From positions 54,808,001-54,872,000 of the forward strand of contig NC_135899.1 of NCBI RefSeq assembly GCF_964194155.1: a stretch of DNA of 64,000 nucleotides, given 5' to 3'. The notes under the pieces were generated by a model. It was given only the letters and a program-made list of their open reading frames with translations. It did not search any database and had not been told where the DNA came from. This document shows, in pieces, positions 48,980-61,694 of the stretch (position 1 is its first letter; each line of letters begins with the position of its first letter). Source of the stretch: Cetorhinus maximus. Taxonomy: Eukaryota. The translations under genes and the position numbers were made by a program.

Positions 48980-50798
48980 ATTCCACCTCTATCCCATGTC
49001 CCCAAACCCCAATGTCACCCTACGCCCTTCTACCAGCCTACCATGGCCTCTCCTGCTCCCTATGCCTCTCTACCCACCTCCATGGCCTCTCATACTGCCT
49101 ATGCCAACCCATGCACCCCAGTCCCCCATGGCCTTTTAAAGCCCCTTTGCCAACTTGGTGCCCACCCATTCCAACTCATTCCCCCCACCTACCCACTACC
49201 CTTTGCCCTCACAAACTCCATGCCAACTCATCTAGTATCCACCATGGGCAAACTTCAGGAGCCATGCAGACATAAAATAAAGTTATAAGTCTATTGATGA
49301 TATTGCTATTTTTAAAAAATCTCATTAATAAAAAAAATTCAACACATTGAAATTCCATCAACTAATCTCTTATGGAAGCTGAAGTTTATATTCCATAGCC
49401 ACTTGAAGCTGTCAATAAACTGTTCACTTAACATGCACCCCACTGTGATAATGTTAAGTTGTAAAATCAGTCATGCAGCATAAATCTTATAATGATAGCA
49501 CTCAGGCTTATGTGAACAACCAGAGTGAAGTATCAAGCAATGATTTTTTAAAAACTCCACACTTTTTAAATTTAAAGCCCAGCAGAGTTGAATGTCTTGA
49601 CAGCTTTGAAAGTTTCAATGAGTTTTGACAGTTCCTTGACAGCTTTGACAGTTTTGAAAGCTTTACAGTTCTTTGACAACTTTGACAGCTCCAATGAAGC
49701 ATGCAGGTGCAGCAGGTGGTAAAGAAGGCAAATGTTGGCCTTCATAGTGAGAGAATTCAAGGGATGTCTTGCTGCAATTATACAGGGCCTTGGCAAGACC
49801 ACACTTGGAATATTGTGTGCAGTTTTGGTCTCCTTATCTGAGGAAGGATGTTCTTGCTATAGAGGGAGTGCAGCGAAGGTTTACCAGACTGATTCCTGGG
49901 ATGGCGGGACTGACATATGAGGAGAGATTGAGTCAGTTATGATTATATTCGCTGGAGTTCAGAAGAATGAGGGGGGATCTCATAGAAACCTATAAAATTC
50001 TAATAGGACTAGACAGGGCAGATGCAGGAATGATGTTCCCGATGGTGGGGGAGTCCAGAACCAGGGGCCACAGTCTGAGGATATGGGGCAGACCATTTAA
50101 GACTATGAGGAAAAATTTCTTCACCCAGAGAGTGGTGAGCCTATGGAATTCGCTACCACAGAAAGTAGTTGAGGCCAAAACATTGTATGTTTTCAAGAAG
50201 GAGTTAGATATAGCTCTTGGGGCGAAAGGGATCAAAGGATATGGGGAGAAAGCAGGAGCAGGCTATTGAGTTGGATGATCAGCCATGATCATAATGAATG
50301 GCGGAGCAGGCTCAAAGGGCCGAATGGCCTACTCCTGCTCCTATTTTCTATGTTTCTATGAGTAGATGAACCTTTTATACACAATCATGTTGATTTTTAA
50401 CAATTCCAAAGGGAACCTGACCCATACCTAAGGGTGCCTTATCTCTCCCAAAAGTGTTCCAGGACCATATCCAAAGGGGTACTTTACATCTCCAAAAGGG
50501 TACCCTGGTTATCCAAACAAATCTACAAAGTTTGGACCTTCTCCTATCAGGTCTAATCTGCACAATTTGGGTTTCAGACACTTACCTCATCAAAATCACA
50601 TGTGAGTGGAGGTAGCTGCTGATTTGTATGGGCAGCTGTCTCCAGAAACCATGGATGTGTGATATATATCCCATCCCCATTCCCCAGCCCTGCAAAAATG
50701 GCGGAGGCTGAGTTCAGGCGGGAACTTCCAGACTCAGGCCGCTGCCAGCATTTTCAAGCAGACGGAGAGCCTCTCCGCCTCTCGTGAAAATTCAGGCC
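48980..50798. mobile_element. MITE split by a CR1 insertion
   Basis: Segments homologous to 40175-41117 on both sides of the CR1; right end gtgaaaattcaggcc. Confidence 0.55.
49691..50360 (+). mobile_element. CR1 3' fragment (relatively young)
   Basis: ORF 49967-50269 MRGDLIETYKIL..FFTQRVVSLWNSLP; tail ending (tttctatg)2. Confidence 0.92.
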
Positions 50799-52538
50799 AC
50801 AATGTTAACAACAACAGACACATTTATATTCAGTTCTAATTAATCTTCTGTGGCATTGTTCATAGTCTGTCAGTCTCCCATCTGAAGTGCACTTATTTTG
50901 TGTACGAGCTAGCTAACCTGGCTTGTCCTTTTAAGGCCATTACTCATTGTGCAAATCCAGATAATTGTGTCTGCTTGTAACTAAGTAGGGGTTAATTAAA
51001 GGTCAGTAAACCTTGTGTAAATCTCAGGCCACGGCTCAGAAAGCAGGAGCAAAATGCTTGGCTTTTTTTATGTATTTGCAGCAAAGTCTGATGCGTGGAG
51101 ATTGACAGGGGCAAAAGAGGTAAGACAATTCATCATAATTTGCTTATGCATGTTAATTGCTGACTGGGGATAAGAAGAACTGAGCGATACCACAGAAAAT
51201 CATAGGATCATCATGGAATTATAGGATGGTTACAGCATATTGGCCATGCTGGATCTCTGCCAGAGCAACTCAGATAGTCCCACTCCCCTGCCTTTTCCCT
51301 GTAGCCCTGCAAATTTCTTCTATTCAGGTAATTATCCACTTCCCTTTTGAAAGCCAGAATTGAATCTGCCTACGCCACATTCTCAGGCAGTGCATTCCAG
51401 ATTCTACCCACTCTCTGCATTATTTTTTTTTCCCCTCACGTCACCTTTGGTTCTTTTGCCATTCACATGCTCCCTGGCTCCCAACTCTTCTGTCAATGGG
51501 AACAGTTTCTCCCTATCTACTCCAGCTAGACTGCTCAAGATTTTGAACACTTCTATCAAATCTCCCCTCCGTCATCTCTTCAAGGAAAACAGCCTCAGGT
51601 TCTATCCACATAACTGAAATCCCTTAACCTGGGAACCATTCCTGTGAATCTTTTTTGCACCCTCTCCAATGCCTTCACATCCTTCCTAAAGTACAGTACC
51701 CAGAATTGGACATAACACTCCAGTTGAGGACGAACCAGTGTTTTTTAAAGGTTCACCATAACATTCTTGCTTTTTTACTCTGTGCCTCTGCAGTATTTAT
51801 AAAGCCTGGGATCCTTTATTACGCTTTATTAACTACTTTCTCAACCTACCCTGCCATCTCAATGATTTGTGCACATATACCCCAAAGGTCCTTTTAATCC
51901 TGCACTGCCTTTAGAATTTTATCCTTTGTTTTATATTGCCTCTCCTCATTCTTTCTTCCAAAATGTACCACTTCACACTTCTCTGCATTAAATTTCATCT
52001 GCTGCGTGTCAGCCCATTCCACCAGTTTGTCCAGGTCCTCTGGAAGTCAATCACTTTCCTCGTCACAGTTCACAATATTTCCAAGTTTTGTGCCAGCTGC
52101 AAATTTTGAAATTGTGCCCTGAACAGTCAGGTCAAAATCATTAATATAGATCACAAAAACAAATCGTTCTAATACCCATCACTGGGGAACCCTACCATGT
52201 ACCTTTCTCCAGTCCTAAAAACAACTGTTCACCACTTGTGGTAACTGAATGTATAGTCTCTCCCTCCGGCCTCGCGGGTCATGCGATGTATTGTGGGGGC
52301 TTCGACCAGTGAGCTCTTAGTGCGGGCAATCTGCGGGGAGGGTCTTTTCCAATGAGAGATCTGATCGAGCGTACAAGCCCTAAAAATGTCTCTGTAATAA
52401 AGTTTAACTGCTTCTTGACGAAATCTGTCTGTTCCATAGAGTCATCACATTTGGTGATGAGGGTAAAATTAATTTTAACTCTGTACCCCGCCCTATTACA
52501 GTAAGTAAATCGAATTTGAAAATAACTACTCACCAGAC

Positions 52539-55500
52539 ATGCCACTGCTTGGAAGAATCGATCCATATGATGCTAATATTGAAGATTGGAGCCAGTATGT
52601 TGAGCGCCTCAGATTTTACTTTGGGGCTAATGAAATAGCTGCCGAAGAAAAGCGGAAAGCGATCCTCTTAAGTGTATGTGGCAGTAAAATATATAACTCG
52701 ATTCTTAACCTGACTGCCCTGAGAGCGCCCAATTCCAATTCATATTAGTGAGCCTAGTGAAAACACACTTCCAGCCGAAGTTGTTTGTGATAATGGAGCG
52801 CTTTAAATTCAATTCAAGAGTTCGGGCCTCAGGAGAGTCCATTGCAATTTCTGTAGCAAACCTCAAGCAGTTAATAGAACACTGCGACTTCGGGGCTGTT
52901 TTAAATGATATGCTGCAGGACTGATTGGCATGTGGGGCCAAGCACAACACCATACCGCGCCAATTGCTTGCCAAGGTCGATATCGATTTTAATCTCCCTT
53001 ATGGGGATTATCCCTTGCCAAGATATCTCCCTTGCCATGGAAAGTGCTGTGAGAGACTCGCAGGCTTTGCAACAACATGGATAATGGCGCCGTACTTCAT
53101 GTTGGACAGAAACCTGCCACCGAGCGTGGTATGAAAGCCAGACCTGCAGAATTAAAGTGCGATTCAATAGCCGCTGTGAGAAACATTTAAGAAGCCTAAC
53201 AGAAACACTTCATCATCGGTTTCAAGACAAAATTACTGTAGATGTGGAGGTGACCATGGAGCAGCTACCTCTAAGATCAAAGAGGCAGAATACCATTACT
53301 GTCATAACAAAGGTCACGTGGTTAGGCAGTGCCAGACAAAGCTGAAGCAGCCTGCAAAACAACAGACAAACATGATGGAAGTAACGGGTACAGCAAAGGC
53401 TGAAGCTGCTGCTCCTGATGTTCACTCCTTATATAATGTGACTGCTGTGAAGACTGAGCCTATTACGATGAAAATACAAGTGAATGAGAAGCCACTGACA
53501 ATGGAAGTGGAAACTGGTGTCTCAAATGTGGTGGTAGGTGAGCACACTTTCTGGTACCTTAACGAAGGAGGACAGCCAATAACCTTGGGGTGGACAAGCA
53601 CTAAGTTAAGAAATCACATGAGAGAATCTATTCAAGTAAAGGGCATTGCTACTGTCCCAGTCCCTTACAAGCAACAGACAGTCCAACTGCCTATAATAAT
53701 AGTGAAAGGAGAGGGCCCAGTATTTTAGGTCGGGATTGGCTACAGAAGATCAAACTCAACTGGTCTGAGATATTTCACCAAAATCAGATGGAATCCCATA
53801 ACTCCTAAGGAAACACAGCATGGATTTTCGGGATGAATTAGGGAAGTTAAAAGGCTTGCATATCAAGATACATGTTGATCCTCATTTATTTAAGGCCAGG
53901 CCTGTGCCTTATACATTGAGAGAAAAGGTGGAAGCAGTGCTGTGCAGGTTAGAAAAGCTGGGCATCATCCAGCCTGTCCAATTCTCGGAGTGGGCTGCAC
54001 CCATTTTTCCAGCGGTTAAGTCTGACCACACCATACGCATCTGTGGAGTTATAAATTGACTGTAAATGTGGCAATAAAATTAGACAAGTTCCTCATTCTA
54101 AGGATAGATGATTTATATGCCAAGTTGGCTAGAGGCAAGTTCTATATGAAATTGGATACGAGCTACGTCTACCAACAATTATAACTGGATAGCACGTCAA
54201 CAGAATATGTGACTGTTAACACACACAAGGGTCTTTATCAGTACACTCATCTACCCTTTAGAGTCTCACCAGCATGCACTATTTTCCAAAGAACAATGGA
54301 GAGTCTTTTGCAAAGACTCCCATGAATAGTAGTATATCTAGATGATGTTCTCATCATTGGGTCAACTGAGACGGAATATTTTGCCAACCTGGAGGAGGTG
54401 CTAAGAAGGTTCTTGGAAGCTGGTGTATGGTTTTGGAAGGAGAAGTGCACATTTCAAGCACCAGAAGTTACCTACCTGGGTCACAGGTTTGCATCCGGTC
54501 GAAGATAAAGTTCAGGCAATAAAAGATGCACCACCACCATCCAATGTAGCAGAACTCAACTCCTTCCTCGGTATGATCAGCCACTTCCTACTCAACCTGT
54601 CAACTGTTTTGGCACCATTACACTTGCTGCTAAAAAAAGAACCACCATTGGTCATGGGGTTCACAACAGGAAGAAGCTTTTATGAAAGCAAAGAAATTGC
54701 TGCATCCGTCGTGTCTATTGGTACACTACGACCCAACGAAAGAGCTGGTATTAACATGTGATGCCTCTTCTTACGGTGTAGGAGCAATGTTGTCACATAG
54801 AATGGAAAATGGATCAGAAAGGCCCATTGGCTATGTCTTAAGAAGCCTTTCTCAAGCCGAGAAGGGCTATTCTCAGTTAGAAAAAGAAGGATTATCAGTA
54901 GCATTCGGTGTAAAAAAAGTTTCACCAGTACCTACATGGATGATGTTTTACCATTGTGTCGGACCATAAACCATTAATGGGATTATTCGGCAAGGTTAAG
55001 GCCATTCTGCCAATAGCATCAGCGAGAATACAACATTAGGCTCTGACATTATCTGCGTACGAGTATACTTTTATGCACTGCCCTGGTCTATACATTGCAA
55101 ATGCAGATGCACTCAGTCGCCTCCCAGTACCAGATAGTATTATAAGTACTCCTGTTCCATAAGAATGAGTGCTATTATTGAATTTCTTAGACTATTCGTC
55201 TGTGTGTGAAAAACAAATTAGAAATTGGACGAACAGAAATCCAATATTGTCCAAAGTCAGGGACTTTGTTTTGCAAGGATGGCCGAACTCACCTGTACCT
55301 GAAGAATTGAGGCCATTCCATGTCAGAAACACAGAATTAAGCTGTCAAGATGGAATTGTGTTGTGGGGTTCAAGAGTTGTCGTCCCATCACAAGGTAGAG
55401 AGCCACGGTTAACAGAGTTCCACAGCGTGCATCCAGACATATCAAAGATGAAAATGCTTGTGTGAAGCTATGTATGGTGGTCAGGCTTTGGCAGTGACCA

Positions 55501-56496
55501 TGAAAGTATGCTCAGACTGTCTCCACTGTCAGCAACAACAGAAGTTGCCTGTTTCAGCTCCCCTGCATCCATGGGAGTGGTTTGGTTGACCCTGGGTTTG
55601 ACTACATATCGATTATATAGGACCATTCTTTGGTACCATGTTCTTGTTGTTTCTAGACGTGCATTCAAAATGGATGGATGTGTACAACGTCAAATCGCCA
55701 AAGTCGAACGCAACTATTGAGAAGCTACATCACTGTTTCAGCATTCATGGCCTATCTGAAATTGCCGTTTCTGATAATGGTACAGCAACAAATTTCAGAA
55801 ATTTATGGATCTGAATGGAATCCGACATATTAAAACAGCTCCTTGGCATCCCTCATCAAATGGTCTATCCGAGAGGGCAGTACAAACTTTTAAGTCTGGT
55901 ATGAAAAAATTATCAGAAGGCACTCTGGAACCTCGACTTTCCCGGTTTCTCTTCAGTTATCGCACAATACCACATTTGCCTACGGGTTCAACACTTGGTG
56001 TTTACACTTGGTGTTTCCAAATTTAGAGGGGAAGGTAGCGCAGAACCACAGTAAATAGAAATTTAACCATGACATACACAGTAAGGCTCACATATTCAGT
56101 GTAGGTGACACAGTATACATGTGAAAATTTGGCAGTGGACCCTGCTGGGCTCCGGGACCCATTGTTTCAGAGACTGGTCCATTATCTTTTCAAGTACAGG
56201 TGAGAGATAGAATCGTCCATAAGCATGTAGATCACATCCATGCCAGAGAGACATTCCAACAATTAACTGATCAACCTGTGATTAACATTGAACTGTCGAC
56301 TTCTGAGGTGTGTGATCGATCGAGAACAGACATTCCAGATGTTTCCAAAGGGTTGCCAAATCCTGAACTGCCCAGTTCCAATGATGTGTCTCATAGTGCA
56401 GCTCCAGATCCTGTCAATCCTGTTCAGAAACCTTCAGTGGTAAAGAAATACCACTCTAGCCGTATACAAAGAGCGCCTCAGAGACTTGATTTATAA
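52539..56496 (+). pseudogene. gag-pol of element D (gag, protease, RT, RNase H, integrase) with stops and frameshifts
   Basis: MPLLGRIDPYD..WSQYVERL; MEVETGVS; SEWAAPI; YLDD at ~54334; TCDASSYGVGAML; PWHPSSNGLSERAVQTFK; PR-RT-RH-IN order indicates Gypsy. Confidence 0.92.
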
Positions 56497-56640
56497 TCAC
56501 TTGAAATTGTATATATGTTTGCTGGAGTGTTTAACAGTTTTTCTGTAAAGAGTAATTGTAAAAAAACTAAAGGGGGAGGAAATGTGGTAACTGGATGTAT
56601 AGTCACTCCTTCCCGCCAATCACGGGTCATGTGATATACT

Positions 56641-57323
56641 GGCCAGAATTTTCCCGTCGGCGATTTGGGGGTGGGGCCCACTCGCCGATGGGAAAATGAT
56701 GCGGAATGACTTCGGGAGGAACCCCCGACGTCATCCCGGTCCCTTTAAATTTTTAGGAAGGCGGGCGGACAGCGAAATCAGCTGTCCGCCCGCCGACCTG
56801 TCACTGGCCAATTGACGCCATTGACAGGCTAATTAAGATAATTAAAGACCCTGCCCGTCCAACCTTAAGGCTGGCGGGCAGGCCAGGAGCCCCAACGGAC
56901 TCCTGATAATGCATGAAACCTCATCCACTGGCGGGATGAGGTTTCATGTCCGTTTTTAAAAAGTTTAATAAAGTTTATGTCCTTTTTATTAACATGTCCC
57001 ATCTTGTATGACATTGTCACATGGAGGGGGACATGTTAATAATATTTTTATTTTTCTATTTTTTAAGTTTTGTGCACTGTCACTAATCTCTCTGAGACAC
57101 CACTTAGCCTCAGGGAGCAGCGCGCACTTTGACAGCTGGGGAATCCCTCCCTCCACCGCACAGGAAGCATATAGCGCTTCCTGTCGGGCAGGCCGCTGGG
57201 CGGGCCTTAATTGGCCCTCCCACTCAAAATGGCAGCGGGCCCTGTATCGGTGGCAGGGGTTGGCTGTCTGCCCGCCGCCGAGCCAGTGGGGCCCGCACGC
57301 CCACCAAGAACAAAATTCTGCCC
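56641..57323 (+). mobile_element. Harbinger-type MITE inside the 3' LTR of element D
   Basis: TIRs ggccagaatttt / aaaattctgccc; 3-bp TSD ACT; absent from the 5' LTR. Confidence 0.92.
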
Positions 57324-58200
57324 ACTGTGAGGGCTCCAACCAGTGAGCTCTTAGCTCAGTGGGCAATCTGCGGGACTGGGCTCTTCCGATGGGAGGTCTG
57401 GTCGAGTTTGCAAGCACTAAAAATGTCTCTGTAATAAATTTTAACTGTTTCTTGATCAAGCCAGTCTGCTCCATAGAGTTATCACACCACTTCCTGTCAC
57501 TCAGCCAACTTTGTATCCATGCTGCTACAGTCCCCTTTATTCCATGGGCATTAACTTTGGTGTCAAGTCTGTTATGTGGCACTTTATCAATCACCTTTTG
57601 GTGGTCCGTGTACACCACAATAACCGCATCACCCTCATCAACTTTCTCTGTCACTTCATCAAAAAAACTCAATCAAGTTAATTAAATACAATTTTCTCTT
57701 AACAAATCCATGCTGGCTTTCCTCATTTGTCTAAATGGCTGTTAATTTTGTCCCAGAAAATGTATCATTTAAATAAACTACAATGGGCTTGTTGAAAGCA
57801 TTATTCATGAAATAAAAACTATTTTATGGAGCTACAGTTAACCATTCAGTCCATATGTTTGCCCAGAGGATTGGATTAAAGTTGTTTAAAAGGAACAAAT
57901 GTGATATAATTTTGCTGGAATATATTACTAAAATAAAAGTAAATGGAATTACAAAATAAATTATGAAGCAGTCAGAAGTGGATTGGGAATGATTTTAATT
58001 TATTTATGCGGCAATGGAGATTTTTACATTATTTATAGAGTAGCAGAGAGAGTCATCAAAAATCATGGGGGAAATGCCTGAGGTTGAATTGATAAATTAA
58101 GTGAGGGCTGAAAGATTTGAATAAAACTGCAGATAGTACTGAAGTATTTTTATATATATCGATATTGGAAAAAGTTGTAAAAGCTCAGCCAAGACACAGT

Positions 58201-58907
58201 GGACAGAATCTTCTGTTCGATGAGCGGGCCCCGCCCCCTGCTTGCTGGCACGCAAAATGACGCGGGGAGACGTCGGGCGTGCGTCCCAACATCACCCCGC
58301 GTCATTTAGATTTTCAGTTCGGCGGGCATGCAGCCCAATCAGCTGCACGCCCGCTGAACTGTCAAAGGCCTATTAAGGCCATCAAAAAAGTAATTAACAT
58401 GATTAATTGACCTGCCCGTCCAACCTTAAGACTGGCGGGCAGGCCAGGCGCCCAGGCAGGCTTCTGAAAAAACATGAAACCTCATCCACAGGCGGGATGA
58501 GGTTTCATGAGGGTTTTTAAAATTTTTATAAAATGTTTAAATAAAAGGAATTGACATATCCCAGTTCATGTAACAGTGGCACACGAGGGGACAAGTCAGG
58601 GAAATTTTTCTATTATTTTTATTGCAAATTTTAATTCGGAGCCGATTTCCCTGAGGCAGCACTTAGCCTCAGGGAGATCAATGTGCTTTTTCGTGCGCAT
58701 GCGTGAAAGAGCGCACTCCCGGCTGTGGGAATCCACCCCCCCAACCTGCACAGGGAGTGCATAGCGCTTCCTGGTGGATGTCACGCTGGGCAGGCCTTAA
58801 TTGACCCGCCCATGTAAATTGGTGGCGTGCCAATGATCGGGGGTGCCGATCGGAGGCGCGCCCGCCCGCTACCGCACTTCCCCCCCAACAGGGGGCAAAT
58901 TTTTCCC
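58201..58907 (+). mobile_element. Harbinger-type MITE
   Basis: Colinear with 56641-57323, including the internal hairpins; degenerate TIRs. Confidence 0.85.
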
Positions 58908-59034
58908 GGCGAAGCAAATATTTTTTGACAAATAGTATTTTCCTTACAAACTGCAGGCTGATGAATTAAGCGTTTGTCTAACATTTGCTTATGTCAATCC
59001 TAGAATCCTGGAAACCCCTAAATTGTGAATCCTG

Positions 59035-59198
59035 AATCCTGGAATTCTCTCTCTAACTGCACTGTGGATGCACCTACATCACATGGACAGCAGCGTTTCA
59101 AGAAGGTGGTTTACCACCACCTTCTCAAAGGCTATTAGGGATGGGTAATAAATGCTGGCCTAGCCAGCGATGCCCAGATCCCGTGAATGAATAAAAAA
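59035..59198 (+). mobile_element. 3' tail of second LINE family
   Basis: caccaccttctcaa..gggtaataaatgctggcctagccagcgatgccca..gaatgaataaaaa. Confidence 0.85.
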
Positions 59199-60127
59199 TC
59201 ATTGCCATTTATGTAAAATTACACATTTATTGTTATAGATTATATATTGATAATATATACGATTGATTATTTATTTAAATGATGTAACAGAACATGGCCT
59301 AGCAAGCGAGGTGGGGAACAAGTGGGTTTGGACAGCAGATCGAGAGTAATTTGAGGAATGGAGGGGAGTCCTGTCACGTGGGTCACGTGGCCAGAGGGAG
59401 ACGTTGGTTGGGAGTGCTGCTCATGGTATCAAATAATTTGAGGACGGAACAGAACCCAAACTGCAAGCATTAAAGACTGATGAGAGCCAGAGTAGGACAT
59501 CAGAACAGGACATTGCACAAAAGCTGCTGTGCTTGCCAAAAGAGTGGAGTGTGAGGCAGAGTGATCCAAGAGTGCAGCCATCCTGGTGAGATAAAAGGCT
59601 GGTGGGAAAGTAGAGTCGAGAAGGCCTTCTCAGCAGGGCCGGTAACAGGGAAATGGGACGGCAGAATCCTTTCTTTAATCTTAAGGTAAGAAATATATCA
59701 ATAATATATTGAATTATAATCAGATAAAACTTAAAACTCAAATCTATTTATCTGAGGGGAAAAATTACTTGGATCAAGCCAAGATGTCATCACAGCTTGA
59801 AAAAACAGTTCAGAGGTTTAGTCCAAGGAGCCATCCAGAGACCAGAGGGTGGAAGTAAATTCATGATCAATGAGACAAAAAAAAGTAATAAATTAGTTGA
59901 GACAGCATTTTTCATTACTAAATGAGGACATAAACATTTTTATTGAGAAAAATTGACACCAAAATGCTGCCATTGTTTATGTTATATTGTTTCAAGGAGA
60001 TGAGTGACTTTTGTGTGGTAGTGGGGAAGAGTTGTACATCGCCAATAAAAGAACTTGGAAAGAAATATTTAAGAGATCCCTGATGCAAGTTGATAAATTA
60101 ACAGCACTTAATCACAATTCTGCAGTG

Positions 60128-60284
60128 AACTTGTGATGCTGTCTATGATGGACTCGTGATGTTATCTACAATGGACTTGCAATGTTATCTACAATGGACT
60201 TTCAATGTTGTCTACAATGGATGTGCAATGCTGTCTGCAATAGACTTGTGATGTTGTCTATGATGGACTTGTGAGGCTCTCTAC
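60128..60284 (+). repeat. 23-bp tandem minisatellite x~7 (gacttgYRatgttRtctacaatg)
   Basis: Units start at 60128, 60151, 60174, 60197, 60220, 60243 and 60266. Confidence 0.9.
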
Positions 60285-61179
60285 TGCCCATGTGTAATGC
60301 TGTTTCCACTTATCGTTAAAGGGACATTCAAGACCAACAGCGGCCCACAGGAATGCAGCCTTTATGCCATTAGTTTTCCAAAGGTTGCTAGCTTTATAAT
60401 AGTGTAATCAACAAGAGGGAATGTGTAACTGCTATTACTCTTTAAAAATAAAAATGCCAAAGGATAGCACAGTCATTATGGTCTATGAATTTGTGCTGGC
60501 ACAAACTCCATTGCCCAGCTAAGTGCACTGCTTAGCTTAGCTCAAGCTAATTACTGTTATGAATGATTTTTATGGAGCTATTTTTGTTTGTTAGATGGCC
60601 ATAATAAAATGTGCTGCTCATACCAGCGTGAAAATTAGAAGCAGATCTGTCAGTTGCACCAAAAAACAGCAGTGGTCAGTTACTGCAGGAGATGTAATTA
60701 CTTTCGTTAATTACAGAGACCGTTTCTTGGCAGGGGTGGAGTAAGCCAAATAGTTTTTTTAAATCTGAAGAGCAAGCCAGATTTGGGTTAATTTGAAGAC
60801 ATCTTTCTCTGTTCAATGCCGTTCAATTCTGGTAAGTCTGCTTTCTCTGATTTAAAGAAAGTTCTGGTGTCATGTCTGACTGTTCCAGCTCTATCCTAAA
60901 TATTATCACCCTATTCCAGTGGTTACAATTTTGACTATGTCCTAACATTGTTAATTCATGCTCAAAGTAGCAATGTATGCTGACAGATCAAATAATTAAA
61001 GCTAAAGCTGCAAATACATTTATTACTAAAGCGGTAAACTCATACAGAAGCACAATAAGTTGGAAAAAAATAAACAGCACAATAGTTACAAGCTTCTAGA
61101 GATACTTCAAACTATTTTCTGAAATTATATATGCACATACATATATATATATATAACTTTGAGCTCCATTAAGTAGTTC

Positions 61180-61420
61180 TTCAAAGCCACCAAGACCCTA
61201 AGCTTTGGGATGACCTCCCTAAACCTCTCCGCTTCTCTCTGTTTCCTCTTTTAAGAAGCTCTTTAAAGCCTACCTCATTGACCAAGCTTTTAATAACCTG
61301 CCCTAAGTAAGCTTTAGGGGGCTTGGTATCAAATTTTGTTTGATGACACTTCTGTGAAGCACCATGGTTTTTTTTTTTAACTATGTTATTGATGCTATAT
61401 AAACACAAGCTGTTGTTGTG
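61180..61420 (+). mobile_element. L2 LINE 3' tail
   Basis: ctccctaaacctctccgc..tttaaagcctacctc..gaccaagctttt..tgtgaagcac..gctatataaa..ttgttg. Confidence 0.75.
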
Positions 61421-61694
61421 ATTGTTAAGCATATGTTAGGCAGAGTGAACTCAAGAAACCAGGGCAGGCATAGGCAGGATATGCTTTATTGGTAATTCTG
61501 TAGTCTTTCTATTCCTTTGAAATTAGGGGACGATTCTTTGAAAAATGATTCTACCCCCAGCGCCACCACTCATTAATGTCATACTTTTCCTATGGCTTTT
61601 GAAAAAACAACCATCGGCTCAACAAGATACTTTCTGGTGTGTCAGGCAATATAAATAATGTCTCTGTTTCCTTCTTGTGACAGAAAACTTGTAT

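Larger units (their letters stand above)
52237..57486 (+). mobile_element. Full-length decayed Gypsy LTR retrotransposon (element D)
   Basis: 5' LTR 52237-52449 and 3' LTR 56583-57486 (TGTGGT..ATCACA); perfect TSD CCACT; PBS tggtgatgaggg (CpG-decayed tRNA-Ser type) at 52452; PPT aaagggggaggaaa 56569-56582. Confidence 0.95.
51210..57750 (-). mobile_element. CR1 fragment interrupted by Gypsy element D
   Basis: CR1 3' part 51210-52236; RT part resumes 57487-57750 (FFDEVTEKVDEG..DKVPHNRL). Confidence 0.85.

Noticed and set aside
56900-56960. MITE hairpin as a hammerhead or intrinsic terminator
   Set aside because: The CTGATAA..GAAAC spacing is not conserved in the other copies and lacks CUGANGA; bacterial terminators do not apply here
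56989-57672. 227-aa ORF as a novel fusion protein
   Set aside because: Chance read-through of CR1 RT, antisense LTR and MITE sequence
581-58201. CACAGTG heptamers (581, 8323, 41006, 58195) as V(D)J recombination signals
   Set aside because: No ACAAAAACC-like nonamer at 12/23 spacing and no Ig/TCR segments nearby
60128-60284. 23-bp repeats as a CRISPR array
   Set aside because: Head-to-tail units with no spacers, no cas genes, and a vertebrate context
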